DNA from: a virus
Taxonomy: Duplodnaviria; Caudoviricetes
IMG/VR virus record: IMGVR_UViG_3300005264_000079
Coordinates: 1 to 64,000 of that record
Length of the DNA: 64,000 bases
Direction: 5' to 3' (one strand)
Shown here one piece after another: positions 37,686-47,879 of this stretch. The notes beneath the pieces are model-generated. The model ran no database searches and was not told the DNA's origin. It saw nothing but the letters and a program-made list of their open reading frames with translations. Numbering within the stretch: the first letter of the stretch is position 1; each line of letters begins with the position of its first letter. A program made the translations under genes and the position numbers.

Positions 37686-37867
37686 CTATACTTCAAATAA
37701 GATTTGTACTCCTATCATGTCTCCCCCAAAATTCATAGGAGAAACATTGATAATATTTACTGACTTACCTGTGTACTTTTTATTGAAAAAGCATTTATTT
37801 TATCGTCCAAAGAAGATACAGGATCGTCAACGTACACTCGAAATGTCTTAGAAAGCAAACTACTCAT
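37686..37867 (-). pseudogene. small gene frameshifted at a T5 run
   Basis: one extra T joins MSSLL..INAF to FNKKY..LFEV, giving 61 codons. Confidence 0.5.
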
Positions 37868-38217
37868 ACCACTCCTTCTCTATCCTCAATGCAATTATTT
37901 CTCCAAATAATTCCTTTCTCCATGTGGGAAAGATGTTTTCTCATTTTTTTAATTTTTCTACGCATTGAGGTGTTTTCAGCGGTGAGGTGTGCAATATCTG
38001 CTCTCAATACTTCATTCTCAAGTTTCATGTAATCATCCATCTATTTTCTCCTTTAGTCCCAAGCCCATGGGTCTTCTTTCTTTTCATAGTCTACACCAGA
38101 AATATCATCCTGGTCAATAGCTTTTTCGGCTTCCTTCATTACTTCTCGTTCATGAGACCGTCTTTTTTTATTATTAAAGTGCTTAATATTCTTACTAAGT
38201 TTACTATCTCGATACAT

Positions 38218-38832
38218 TTATGTCTCCTTCATCATCATAAAACCTGTTTCCGGTGGGATTGTTGCTGATTCAAGTTTTGTAATCATTCCTTGCGAATACC
38301 ATTCATTCTCAATTTGATAACAATATTGGGCATTGTTGTGGTATGCAGAAACTTTCTCCCAAATACACTCATCAATTTTGAACCACAACACCATAATCTC
38401 CTCATGGCTCAGTTGTTTTGGTATTGGTTTGCGACGGTAGCGATATTTATATCCAGCTTTAATATCTCTTAAAGCTTCAATAGGATCAATATCTTTACCA
38501 CACCTCCAATCATCTTCTGATTTCTCAACAATTAAGCATTTAAGTTCATAACCCCCAACAAGAATATCGCTTGGAAGATTGTCAATTTTCAATTCCTTCC
38601 AGTCTGAATATTTTCCAGTTCTCGGCGATCCGTGGACAATATTATGTTCTTCCGGCCAGTCTGAATCTTCTACATGGTCAGCGAGCCATTGTTCAGCCAC
38701 CTTTAAAGATTCCTCATTTCCAGATCCGCTACACCCTTCTTCATAAAATGGACAATTATCGCAATATACATATTCACATTCCTTACACCCGTTATTGTTA
38801 ATAATCGTTTCAACCACTTCTCTTTTTGTCAT
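38218..38832 (-). CDS. hypothetical protein with Cys-rich N-terminus
   Basis: CKECEYVYCDNCP. Confidence 0.6.
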   Translation of the reverse strand: MTKREVVETIINNNGCKECEYVYCDNCPFYEEGCSGSGNEESLKVAEQWLADHVEDSDWPEEHNIVHGSPRTGKYSDWKELKIDNLPSDILVGGYELKCLIVEKSEDDWRCGKDIDPIEALRDIKAGYKYRYRRKPIPKQLSHEEIMVLWFKIDECIWEKVSAYHNNAQYCYQIENEWYSQGMITKLESATIPPETGFMMMKET

Positions 38833-38842
38833 CTACTACTCC

Positions 38843-39106
38843 TTATTCACTTCTTAAGGACATACTACTGCCCATATTAACAATCTTCCTTACCTTAGCC
38901 ATAACAAGATTAAACTCTTCTTCATTCTCAGTGTATTTCTTAAACAAACAATATATCTCTCTGTATGTCAGATTAGAATTACGTATAATGTTCCATGCTT
39001 CTTCCCTTAAGCTTATTATAGTAGGAGATTCCTCTTTCATAAGAACATGAATTTCCTTCAAAATGCTTTGTAGTCTACCAGCATCATCAGCTTCTACTAC
39101 TATCAC
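38843..39106 (-). CDS. hypothetical protein
   Basis: GTG start, GGAG RBS. Confidence 0.5.
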   Translation of the reverse strand: MIVVEADDAGRLQSILKEIHVLMKEESPTIISLREEAWNIIRNSNLTYREIYCLFKKYTENEEEFNLVMAKVRKIVNMGSSMSLRSE

Positions 39107-40020
39107 ATATTTTCTCCTTTTACTTTAATTTTCAATCCCCTAAGATAATTTGTGGTAATCAATATTGAGCTATGTTTCAATAACCTACTTACTCTATAAA
39201 TATCCTTATCTTTTGTATACTCTTTGCAGGCGAAATAATGTCTTATAGCATGTGGGCTAAATTTACAAGAAATAATTCCTTCTTCATATAATTTTTTAAC
39301 AGAACTATTAAAGTTGTTTGCTATCGTCCCACTATGCAATTTTGTAAGAAGAGAAGCATTATTCCTTATGAATTTATCGTCCTTCACGTTTAATGGATAC
39401 AATTTACCTTTACTTACACTTGATAAGCTGACGCCATTATATGATAGGTATTTAGTGTTAAAAAAGCCTACTCTCACACCATATGTTCTCATGATATGTA
39501 GAGCCAACCTCATCTTCCTATCTTTTAAAGAATTTGAAGAATAAACCATATCCAAATAATCTAAATCATCAGAAGTTGGGATTTCCTTCTCTTCTTCGTT
39601 TTTCACCAAAGATAGCTTCCCTCCTCTAAAAGGATTCTTCTCTATATCTCCCCATCTATAAAGATTAGAGTAAAAACTTGAGAGAGAAGCAAATACTAAA
39701 CGTGCTTTTGAATAACTATACTTATTCAAATGATTAACAATAAACTCATCCACAATAAGTGTGGTGACGTTTAACATAGATTTCCCATTAAGAAATTTAA
39801 CAAACTCTGCAATGTATGTGCGATACATGCGAGATGTATGTTTGGATTTGTTAGAAAGCCATTGGGAAAGCTTCTCATCAAGATCAAAGGAAGCCCTCTT
39901 CTGATCTTCCCTATATTCTTGCTTCAAATTATCTATAGCCACCATAGCCTTAATTTGCTCATACTGCTGTGGTGTAAGTTGTTCTAAAGAATTAGGAATA
40001 TTCACTGCTAAACTATTCAT
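39103..40020 (-). CDS. tyrosine recombinase/integrase (XerC/D-like)
   Basis: SAM-like N-domain; GVR, K, HAIRH, LKHSS, TTNY (R-K-H-R-H-Y set present); own promoter at 40041-40069. Confidence 0.88.
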   Translation of the reverse strand: MNSLAVNIPNSLEQLTPQQYEQIKAMVAIDNLKQEYREDQKRASFDLDEKLSQWLSNKSKHTSRMYRTYIAEFVKFLNGKSMLNVTTLIVDEFIVNHLNKYSYSKARLVFASLSSFYSNLYRWGDIEKNPFRGGKLSLVKNEEEKEIPTSDDLDYLDMVYSSNSLKDRKMRLALHIMRTYGVRVGFFNTKYLSYNGVSLSSVSKGKLYPLNVKDDKFIRNNASLLTKLHSGTIANNFNSSVKKLYEEGIISCKFSPHAIRHYFACKEYTKDKDIYRVSRLLKHSSILITTNYLRGLKIKVKGENM

Positions 40021-40040
40021 TTGTATCTCCTATAAGTAAG

Positions 40041-40069
40041 ATAATACCATGGATGTAAATTCTTGTCAA
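40041..40069 (-). promoter_or_regulatory. sigma70 promoter
   Basis: TTGACA-N17-TATTAT. Confidence 0.7.
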
Positions 40070-40186
40070 GCTATTTATTTCTTTGATCCAATTTCAACTA
40101 GAAAATAACCCCCCACAATGAGTTTTAATAAGATCAATAATTAATTCTCTTTCTTCTTTAAGGTTACTTATATTTTTTCTCATATT

Positions 40187-40381
40187 TTACTCCTCAGCAC
40201 AAAGTTTCATAAAGGCATCTTTATATACTTCTTTGATTTCTACCCAAAAAGATGAAACCCCAAATTCATGTGTAAATATAGGTCTGCCCAATCTCTTCTC
40301 AACATCTGCATGAAAATTTGCCATGTGACCCATACATACCCCTGTGTACCCTGTTATGATAACCTTTTCATTAACTGTCAT
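40187..40381 (-). CDS. conserved phage hypothetical protein
   Basis: ITGYTGV..G..A.FHADVEKRLGRPIFTHE pattern. Confidence 0.65.
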   Translation of the reverse strand: MTVNEKVIITGYTGVCMGHMANFHADVEKRLGRPIFTHEFGVSSFWVEIKEVYKDAFMKLCAEE

Positions 40382-40587
40382 CCTTTCCTCCTAATATCAA
40401 AGTATACAGCAGTAGTATCCTTCACAACTACTACATACTCATAAACAGCATCATGCTCATCACTTTCAACAATAGCTGTATAGTACTCAAAACCAATATA
40501 AGTGTATTCAAAGAAGATCCTTACATGCTCTGTTTTAGTGAGGCCAAGCTCTCTTCTCACTCTATTAGATATCTGTCTATTTGTCAT
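40378..40587 (-). CDS. hypothetical protein
   Basis: ATGA overlap. Confidence 0.5.
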   Translation of the reverse strand: MTNRQISNRVRRELGLTKTEHVRIFFEYTYIGFEYYTAIVESDEHDAVYEYVVVVKDTTAVYFDIRRKG

Positions 40588-40858
40588 CTGCTGGAAGCTC
40601 CTGTACTTTAATCATATATGTAGTCACATCTTCTTCTGTAAGCCATCCCAAAACATCATCAGTAATGCCAGTAAAGCGAACAATACCACCAGCCCACATA
40701 ATAGCTAATTCATAGGGAGCATCTTTATTTGAATATGCACTTGCACCAGTAATTACTGATACACCGTAACCATTATCAAAATAAAGCTCTGCACGTGTCT
40801 CGCCTTTTCCATAATAAGCAGGTCGTTCTTCAAACACAAGATCTTTAAAAGTTTTCAT
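40577..40858 (-). CDS. conserved phage hypothetical protein
   Basis: F.NGYGVSVI......YELA....ITDDVLGWLT pattern. Confidence 0.65.
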   Translation of the reverse strand: MKTFKDLVFEERPAYYGKGETRAELYFDNGYGVSVITGASAYSNKDAPYELAIMWAGGIVRFTGITDDVLGWLTEEDVTTYMIKVQELPADDK

Positions 40859-40923
40859 TTATTTCTCCTTAAAAGCAATCTATAATAAATGTAACATATC
40901 AAAGAAAACATGTCAACAAAATA

Positions 40924-41847
40924 TTAGTATATTTGCAAATCATTTTTAAGATAGGCTAATTCATCAGGATCATCCCTAAACAGTTCATCAGGATCTCCTG
41001 TTTCATGCAATTCAATCACCTCACAATTTGTACCAACAGAGTTTAGCACGATAGCAGTTTCTTCAGCTATTCTCAGGGGTTCTGCTTCACCTCCATCAGG
41101 CATGATAAAAACATTGTCAAATCGTTGTGCCAATAGCATAATTTGTGCCATTGTTATTTCTGCACCAAAACTACATAGAGAACCATTACCTGTACGGAAT
41201 TGATCCCATGGGCCTTCTACAATCAAAGCATTCCTACTCCTTATTTGATCAATACCCAAAAAAATATCTTTATGATTAATTATTTCCAAATCAGATTTAC
41301 AAGAAACAACTCTCAATTCTTGTTCATTTGTATAATCCCTTGATGTGTAACTAACTATTCTGTTATTGTATGTGATAGGTATAATTATACGATAACTTGG
41401 GTTTTCATACATAGTGCTTCGTAGAGCATACTTCTCCCATAAATACTCAGGATTAAAGCCTCTACCTTCAATATACTCTTTTGCTGATCCACTCATTATA
41501 GTATTGCCTGGAATCTTTATAGTGGTAGGTCTTGGAACATCACTACTCTTCTTGAATGGAGTAGTGGATGTAGAATTTCCATACTTTTTAAATATTTCTT
41601 TCAGTGCTGTGTAGTCTGTGATTCCAGTAGCTCTTTTCACAAATTCATAAAAAGAAGTGTTATGGCAAACCCAACAAGCGTGTACGGTATACCCATCCAT
41701 TACAGCACCATAAGCTTTATTTCCAGTGGCAGTTGCCCCACAAAAAACACATTGTTGAAGACCTATATACTTAGAAGTAGTAGTCGATGAATTTTCTACA
41801 GTTTGGATATTGTAGTCATACAGAAATTGCCTTGTATTAAATTCCAA
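40924..41847 (-). CDS. DNA primase (Zn finger + Toprim)
   Basis: CVFC..CWVC, YIEGRG, RIIIPI, LIVEGPWD, IMPD. Confidence 0.85.
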   Translation of the reverse strand: MEFNTRQFLYDYNIQTVENSSTTTSKYIGLQQCVFCGATATGNKAYGAVMDGYTVHACWVCHNTSFYEFVKRATGITDYTALKEIFKKYGNSTSTTPFKKSSDVPRPTTIKIPGNTIMSGSAKEYIEGRGFNPEYLWEKYALRSTMYENPSYRIIIPITYNNRIVSYTSRDYTNEQELRVVSCKSDLEIINHKDIFLGIDQIRSRNALIVEGPWDQFRTGNGSLCSFGAEITMAQIMLLAQRFDNVFIMPDGGEAEPLRIAEETAIVLNSVGTNCEVIELHETGDPDELFRDDPDELAYLKNDLQIY

Positions 41848-41952
41848 AACTTTTCTCCTTTCTACTTACACTTTCTGTCATTATTTCTCTCCTGTCTAAT
41901 TATTAAAATAAATTAGCACAATAGAATTCTAATGTGCTTTTTATGCTAATAA

Positions 41953-42813
41953 TTACAAAGCTAACAAATCTTCATCACTAATGGATGCTTCTTCCTCTTC
42001 TATCCAAGATTTCACCATCTCAATAGATTTAGGAAGGAGGCCATAATCAGAAACAATATCTAATTTATTTTTTCCTACAACTTTATTAGTAATAGAAACG
42101 TGATATGTTTTCCCTAACTCAGCATATAATTCTCCCCAGACATATTTGTCACCAAAATTATTCTTTGTAGCATATCTTTTTACTAACACTTTAAGTTCTT
42201 CTCTCAATACTCTTGGGGATTGTGTTTTATGAGCCATGTTCTGTAGCTCACTAAACACAATTTCTTTAAAAATACTAAAATCTTCTTTTGTCACCATACC
42301 TTCTTTAAGACTAAGGAAGTCATCTTTTGTGATAGTGTTAGCAATTTTTGTTTTAAGCACACTATTTTTCTTTGCTAAAGATAAATTATCCTTTACAGTG
42401 TCCAACCACTTCTGATGATTTGCAGATGATTCTTTCATGATAGCATCAACATCAGGGGTTATTCTCTCTATGGGAGCAATGTACCCACCCGTTTTACGAA
42501 TAGTAGGTAGTACTTCTTTTGTAACCCAACGTGTAAATGCCTTTGCTTCCTTTTTGTTCGATCTGAAGATCAAAGTATACAACCCAGATTCATTTATTAT
42601 TAATGGTGGTTTTCCTCCCCAAGCTTTAGATCCAATGACTATATGGTAGTCATTGGATACATCTTCTGAGTTTACAATACTTCTAATATTATTTGTCCTT
42701 AATTGTAAAACATCACAAACATCCTTTGCCACAAACCAAGGATCACCATTCACCACTAAAGTCCTCAAGTCCTTACCACCAAAATCAAATACTGTAATCT
42801 CTTTCTTTTCCAT
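41953..42813 (-). CDS. BRO-N domain antirepressor-like protein
   Basis: GDPWFVAKDVC.VL, INESGLY.LIFRS.K.EAK.F.RWVT.EVLPTIRKTG.Y. Confidence 0.9.
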   Translation of the reverse strand: MEKKEITVFDFGGKDLRTLVVNGDPWFVAKDVCDVLQLRTNNIRSIVNSEDVSNDYHIVIGSKAWGGKPPLIINESGLYTLIFRSNKKEAKAFTRWVTKEVLPTIRKTGGYIAPIERITPDVDAIMKESSANHQKWLDTVKDNLSLAKKNSVLKTKIANTITKDDFLSLKEGMVTKEDFSIFKEIVFSELQNMAHKTQSPRVLREELKVLVKRYATKNNFGDKYVWGELYAELGKTYHVSITNKVVGKNKLDIVSDYGLLPKSIEMVKSWIEEEEASISDEDLLAL

Positions 42814-42894
42814 AATTTCTCCTAAATATATTTATTTTAAACAGGGCAACACCACTGTTATTCAAAAAAAACTCCTTCAAAACAATCTATACCT

Positions 42895-42923
42895 AATATA
42901 GAATACATTCAAAGGAGTGTCAA
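42895..42923 (-). promoter_or_regulatory. sigma70 promoter
   Basis: TTGACA-N17-TATATT. Confidence 0.65.
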
Positions 42924-43055
42924 GGGTTATTTATCTTTTTCATATTTATTGCAATTTTTACAAGATGCACAATGATATTTATACCATTGCTTTTATACAT
43001 ATTGCATTTTTCACACTATATTCTCCATAAAAGAATATAGTGTGAATGTACTATA

Positions 43056-43394
43056 CTAATTTTTTGACACTTTCACTATCTTATATTCTCTTGCAAGATC
43101 CTTATCCAATGTCTCAATTTGAACAAATGTCTTTTTAATCAAATCTCTTACCTCCAGCACCCTTTTAGCAATGTCATCAATAGAAGAAGCATCCTCATAG
43201 TATGCTCTTGCAAAGCCCTGCAACCCCTGATACAAACTCCCATAGTATTTTGTCCATGTGGTATGTTTGTCTGTAAGTTCTCCGGTTTTAACTGCCTTCA
43301 CCTGCTTTGTCTCTTCTGACACATACTCTAATTTCCATCCATTTGCATATTTATACAATGTATATTCATTTGTTAATATTATTTCACCTTTCAC
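43056..43394 (-). CDS. hypothetical protein
   Basis: GGAGGA RBS, GTG start. Confidence 0.6.
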   Translation of the reverse strand: MKGEIILTNEYTLYKYANGWKLEYVSEETKQVKAVKTGELTDKHTTWTKYYGSLYQGLQGFARAYYEDASSIDDIAKRVLEVRDLIKKTFVQIETLDKDLAREYKIVKVSKN

Positions 43395-44114
43395 TTAATC
43401 CTCCTTTAAACCATCTTCCCTTAAGTTCTTAATGATATTATCAATACCTTTCTGGTAAACAAGTGTTTTAATATTTATCTTGACATCTCCTGTTGTCCTA
43501 TCTATGTACTTACTTTCTATAACACGAAACCAACCATAATCTACAAATCTCTGATATGGGACATTACTGCTTTGAAGCACTTTCTTTTTACGTAGATACC
43601 CAAACATCTGATTTCTACCCATGCCGCAATTAATTACTTTTGCGACTTCTCCCATTGGGATAGCATCATTGCTCCCTGTCACATCCTCATAAAATTGTAC
43701 AGCAGGTTTCATCTTTTCATTCTCGATTTGCAATTTGTCATTTTCTATTGCAAGTCTACCTGCCTCTAAAAGTGCTTCCCCATACGTGGCAGGTATCTGT
43801 GCCTGTTGTCTTAATTCTTTTTCACATTGTATAAAGAATTTTCTGGCTTCTCTTCCCTTATCATTATTCTCTACCATGGATAGTTCTTTTGCCATATCAA
43901 TTGAGATGTGGTACTCTTTAGTAACAGCATTATTTCCGCTTACTCTTTTTTGAGTAAGCAAAGTAAAATCTTGTCCAGCAACAAAATCATACTTTTTAAT
44001 TCGTCTACCAATCCAATCATTAAATCTTTGTTCAACCTCTAAAAATGTATGCAAATCTCTTGCATTAACAGTTTTAATCCCTTCTTTCTCTTCAATCTTA
44101 ATTAGTTCATTCAT
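43395..44114 (-). CDS. AntA/AntB antirepressor with C-terminal ANT/KilAC domain
   Basis: VNARDLH.FL..F.DWI..RI, DMAKELSMVE, GREARKFFI.CEK; MKP...F, GRN.MF..LR, T.V.QKG. Confidence 0.9.
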   Translation of the reverse strand: MNELIKIEEKEGIKTVNARDLHTFLEVEQRFNDWIGRRIKKYDFVAGQDFTLLTQKRVSGNNAVTKEYHISIDMAKELSMVENNDKGREARKFFIQCEKELRQQAQIPATYGEALLEAGRLAIENDKLQIENEKMKPAVQFYEDVTGSNDAIPMGEVAKVINCGMGRNQMFGYLRKKKVLQSSNVPYQRFVDYGWFRVIESKYIDRTTGDVKINIKTLVYQKGIDNIIKNLREDGLKED

Positions 44115-44116
44115 GC

Positions 44117-44356
44117 TTATTTCTCCTCCTCTACAAAATAGTCACCATCATCAGAAGATTTATTAAGTTCTCCTAAGGCATAACAATCGTCACACCACTC
44201 ACCATTATTTAGCAGATAAAAACCACTCTGAGAAGCAATCTCTGAAAAGATAGCATCCTCATCAAGTATATCTGCTGTAGCCAAATCAATTACATATTCC
44301 ACTTCTTTACCACACCCATCACATTTGAGTGTCACCATCATTTCTGCTTTTTTCAT
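44117..44356 (-). CDS. small Zn-ribbon protein
   Basis: CDGC...CDDC. Confidence 0.55.
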   Translation of the reverse strand: MKKAEMMVTLKCDGCGKEVEYVIDLATADILDEDAIFSEIASQSGFYLLNNGEWCDDCYALGELNKSSDDGDYFVEEEK

Positions 44357-44589
44357 TTTGCTTTTCTCCCTAATGTCAAAGTGAATCTACCATATTCTGT
44401 TCCCATGAGCCACATCTGATAAAACTGTGCTGTAATATTATCAGCATATGTTCCATCAGCATTTTTCAGAAGCTCCATCTTTTCCACTTCTTCACAATCA
44501 GGAAGGGCAAGGGTTTTAATTGCTTTCTTAAGATCACGGGCATCTTCTTCAAATCTTTCTTTTAGTTCATTCTTCTTTACTTCTCTCAA
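44353..44589 (-). CDS. hypothetical protein
   Basis: TTG start, AGGAG RBS. Confidence 0.5.
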   Translation of the reverse strand: MREVKKNELKERFEEDARDLKKAIKTLALPDCEEVEKMELLKNADGTYADNITAQFYQMWLMGTEYGRFTLTLGRKAK

Positions 44590-44707
44590 TTTATCTCTCC
44601 TTGAAATACAAGGCTATAAACGCCTTGCTATGTTAAATGGTATACTTTATCAACTTTGCCTACAAAATGCGTTTTTGCTATGTTTTTGTAAGCAGAACAG
44701 CTTATTA

Positions 44708-46114
44708 TCAGTCATTATCGTCTATGGAATCCGTTTTACCTATCAACCAGTCCTTAAGCCATGTTTCTGTAGTGTCCTCCTCATCATTATACTTTGCATA
44801 AATCCCTACCCCTGCTAAGAAGTCATTAACATCCACTTCTACAATATCATTGTCTGCATTTTCCCATATATCTGTCAACAAGTTTTCATCAAAATCAAAT
44901 ATAGAAGGATAGCAACCATACTGAATACAATCTTTATCAGGAGTTTCATTTGTTAATGCCTCAAAGTTTCTTCTGTAAGACTGGATAAAAAACTCCATCT
45001 CATACAATGTATTTAGTATAGCTTTTGATTGCTGTGATGTCAACACACTTTGTCTTGTAGGATCAATAAATGTTTTCATATGTGGGTGACAATCTTTTTT
45101 GAGCCTACTGTACGTATCGGCTAATTCTTTTGTTGCTATTTTCATTTTCTCGAACACCCTTGGAAATTCTTTGTGGATGCTCTTAGATCTTGATGTAGGT
45201 GTAGTTCCTGTTTTAGATAGAAATTCTTCCTTTATATCTTCCCCATAAGAAGCACTTTCTTCTTTAGAACTATTCAAACGCTCTATTGCCTTTTCATGCA
45301 CTTTTTCTGAAAGTCCTCTTGAAGATATAGATGGATTTTCTTTTAGTATTTCTTCAACTACATTCTCCTGTGCTTTTTCAGAAGTAAAAGCAATTCTGGA
45401 AGCCTCATCATTCTGCACAGTTTTTTTGAATTCAGAGGCATGGGCAATCGTTGGCATCATTTCCCCTGCATTCTTGCTTAGAGGAATAGTTCTCTTCACA
45501 ATAATTTCTTCTTCTGTATCAGGGTCTTTCATTTTATCTGAAACAGTGATAGACCCCTCTTCGTACGGTAGAGCACGTGTAATAGTTTTTTCATTCCAGC
45601 TTTCACCAAGAAATCTACTAATGACTTTTTTACCTACTTTTCTTGGCTGGGACACGTGTCCCAGCCAATTTGCATTCATAGACTGGATGAATGCTTTTTC
45701 ATCATTGAAAAGAGCTTTGCACCAATCTTCCAAATCGTCATAGACAGCATCTTTTGAATTAATCTCATCTTCAATAAACTTTTTTGCAACAGAAACTGTT
45801 TCAATAATCATTTTAGAATTATTACCATACCACTCTCTATTCTCAGCTCCCATAATCCTTATCATCTCAGCATCTGTTAATGGTTTCACTGGGATATCCA
45901 CTTCTTCCCATCCAAGATCCTTCAGTGCAAGATAACGATGATAACCATAAGCAAGAGAAAATGTATCATCCTCTTCTTTTCTACAAATAAGATTATCCCA
46001 AAAATCATTTTCTTCAATAGATTTACCCAATCTACTTACTTTGTCATAATCAATCGGGCAAATTTTCAAATCCCTAAAAGGATTTGGTCTAAGATCTTTT
46101 ACTTTTATTTTCAA
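44708..46114 (-). CDS. ParB/Srx N-terminal domain protein
   Basis: L.PNP.R...L..SI...G.HRY.AL..LG..V motif; promoter at 46139-46167. Confidence 0.75.
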   Translation of the reverse strand: MKIKVKDLRPNPFRDLKICPIDYDKVSRLGKSIEENDFWDNLICRKEEDDTFSLAYGYHRYLALKDLGWEEVDIPVKPLTDAEMIRIMGAENREWYGNNSKMIIETVSVAKKFIEDEINSKDAVYDDLEDWCKALFNDEKAFIQSMNANWLGHVSQPRKVGKKVISRFLGESWNEKTITRALPYEEGSITVSDKMKDPDTEEEIIVKRTIPLSKNAGEMMPTIAHASEFKKTVQNDEASRIAFTSEKAQENVVEEILKENPSISSRGLSEKVHEKAIERLNSSKEESASYGEDIKEEFLSKTGTTPTSRSKSIHKEFPRVFEKMKIATKELADTYSRLKKDCHPHMKTFIDPTRQSVLTSQQSKAILNTLYEMEFFIQSYRRNFEALTNETPDKDCIQYGCYPSIFDFDENLLTDIWENADNDIVEVDVNDFLAGVGIYAKYNDEEDTTETWLKDWLIGKTDSIDDND

Positions 46115-46138
46115 TATCCCTCTCCTTAACCTAATAAT

Positions 46139-46167
46139 ATACTAACACAACTTTCACTTACTGTCAA
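46139..46167 (-). promoter_or_regulatory. sigma70 promoter
   Basis: TTGACA-N17-TAGTAT. Confidence 0.65.
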
Positions 46168-46170
46168 CAA

Positions 46171-47298
46171 CTATTTTTGCATATTTACAATGTTTTCCTT
46201 CTGCCTTGCTGTAGGCCATAAGAAGATGTTGTATTTATCAGCAAATTCTTTAGAAAACCCTTCCATCAACTTATTCCCTTGTCTAAAAGAAATGAATCCG
46301 GGCTTTGCTCTTCCCTTACCACATGTATTACCAACATAGGAGAGCATATCAGCCATGAACGTGTTGAAGCTCATTACATGCTCTCTGTATTGCTTCTTCC
46401 ATGAATAAAGCATATCCATCTCTTCTCTCCACTTCACCCATCGCTTATGCGTCCGTATGAGATTTTTTTGTATATCAAGTTTTTCCACTTCTGTAGCCTT
46501 TCCTGATTCAGAAAGCACGGAATATGCCTTGAGAAGGATAGGTTTGGAAATACCAGTATCTTTAAGCTCATCAATTGTCCTAACTATTTCCTTAACACCA
46601 TGATTAACAATGTTAAAAAATTCACTACTATGTTTGCTATAGTGCAGGAAGAATGTGGAGAGTGATTTTGGGAGAAACTTCTTCTCCTCCTGTATGGGAA
46701 GATACCCCTCTGTAAATTTCAAAGAAAACTTGTCTACCACTCGTAGTATCTGATCGAGGGTAAGCTGTGGTGTAGGATTGGCTGTATACCATTCAACAGC
46801 CCCCTCTGAGACGTCTTTAACATAGTGGATGATAGAATGTACCGTTTTAGTTTGTCCGTGGCCATATGGCTTTATATTGTGCTTGGACACCTCAGCAATA
46901 GAGTTCCAAGCATCAATCACTTGTAGAGCTTTAAAGTAATCCTCTTTAGTATAGTCCAGAACGTATGATGCTGTGGTACACAATTCTCTCCCAAGAGCTG
47001 AAACATGATATACAGCAACTACCTTTGTATCTACCTTTGTATCTACCTTTTCGAGATAATCATACCCCACTAAAATGTTAAGTGCGTAACGGGCCTTCCG
47101 ACGGGACGGAAACTCTGTTGGGAAATTATCAGTTAAAAATGATATTGTAGAAATTTTCTTATTCAGTTTATCTAATTTATAAATTTGATCTATTATAAAA
47201 AATTCAGTTAGACTAATACTATATTGATTCAGTGTAGACTTAGTAACACTAATATTTATTAATTCAGATGAATTATATCTATCTGTAGAATTAAGCAT
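46171..47298 (-). CDS. putative replication/DNA-binding protein with N-terminal winged helix
   Basis: wHTH-like N-terminus; internal 12-bp repeat CTACCTTTGTAT x2.7 (47019-47050). Confidence 0.45.
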   Translation of the reverse strand: MLNSTDRYNSSELINISVTKSTLNQYSISLTEFFIIDQIYKLDKLNKKISTISFLTDNFPTEFPSRRKARYALNILVGYDYLEKVDTKVDTKVVAVYHVSALGRELCTTASYVLDYTKEDYFKALQVIDAWNSIAEVSKHNIKPYGHGQTKTVHSIIHYVKDVSEGAVEWYTANPTPQLTLDQILRVVDKFSLKFTEGYLPIQEEKKFLPKSLSTFFLHYSKHSSEFFNIVNHGVKEIVRTIDELKDTGISKPILLKAYSVLSESGKATEVEKLDIQKNLIRTHKRWVKWREEMDMLYSWKKQYREHVMSFNTFMADMLSYVGNTCGKGRAKPGFISFRQGNKLMEGFSKEFADKYNIFLWPTARQKENIVNMQK

Positions 47299-47346
47299 GG
47301 AATCTCCTTTTACAGGTGGATTTTGGGAAGAATGACCAAATCCACT

Positions 47347-47419
47347 TATTATTAGATTTATTAATATTATATTTATATAATATTAATATAATATAATAAT
47401 ATTTATATTATTATATATC
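47347..47419. other. about 70-bp almost purely A/T tract (candidate unwinding element)
   Basis: only one G between 47347 and 47418. Confidence 0.6.
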
Positions 47420-47831
47420 ATGTACCCTGTGGGGTATTAGGGTGTGACAAATTTGTCACGCAGTAAAATAGGGTTATTTCTTCCGTTTTCTTAGTAATAC
47501 AGAAGTAAATCCTCTTCTGACCATTCTCATATTCCTCCTGTCTATCTATTAAATCTAATCGTTCAAGCTTACTCAAATCTTTCTGTAACATCTTCATGGA
47601 GTAGTGTAAACCATTGAATTTACTGAGCAGTGTCCCATAGTTTATCCATACAAACTTCTTCACCCCCACACTGATCCAATTAAGTGTTTTACTGTTATAT
47701 AGCCTTATTATTTCTAATAACAGATCTGCCTCTCTCACTTCAAGCATTGTGGGTAGTGATAGAAGTTTCTCCACTATCAACCCTTTGTATGTAGGGATGT
47801 ATTCTGTAGCATATTCATGTACCTCCTGCAT
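47418..47831 (-). CDS. replication-initiator-like winged-helix protein
   Basis: KFVWINY..LL......S.K.LQK.LSKLERLDLI pattern of phage replisome-organiser N-domains. Confidence 0.5.
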   Translation of the reverse strand: MQEVHEYATEYIPTYKGLIVEKLLSLPTMLEVREADLLLEIIRLYNSKTLNWISVGVKKFVWINYGTLLSKFNGLHYSMKMLQKDLSKLERLDLIDRQEEYENGQKRIYFCITKKTEEITLFYCVTNLSHPNTPQGT

Positions 47832-47879
47832 TCTGCCTTTCCTTTATACACTATTATTGTATATTTATACATACTTAGA

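Noticed and set aside
1333-46129. Plus-strand ORFs in the ORF track opposite the minus-strand operons (and minus-strand ORFs over 53-64 kb)
   Set aside because: Antisense shadows of real genes, with no RBS or recognisable motifs.
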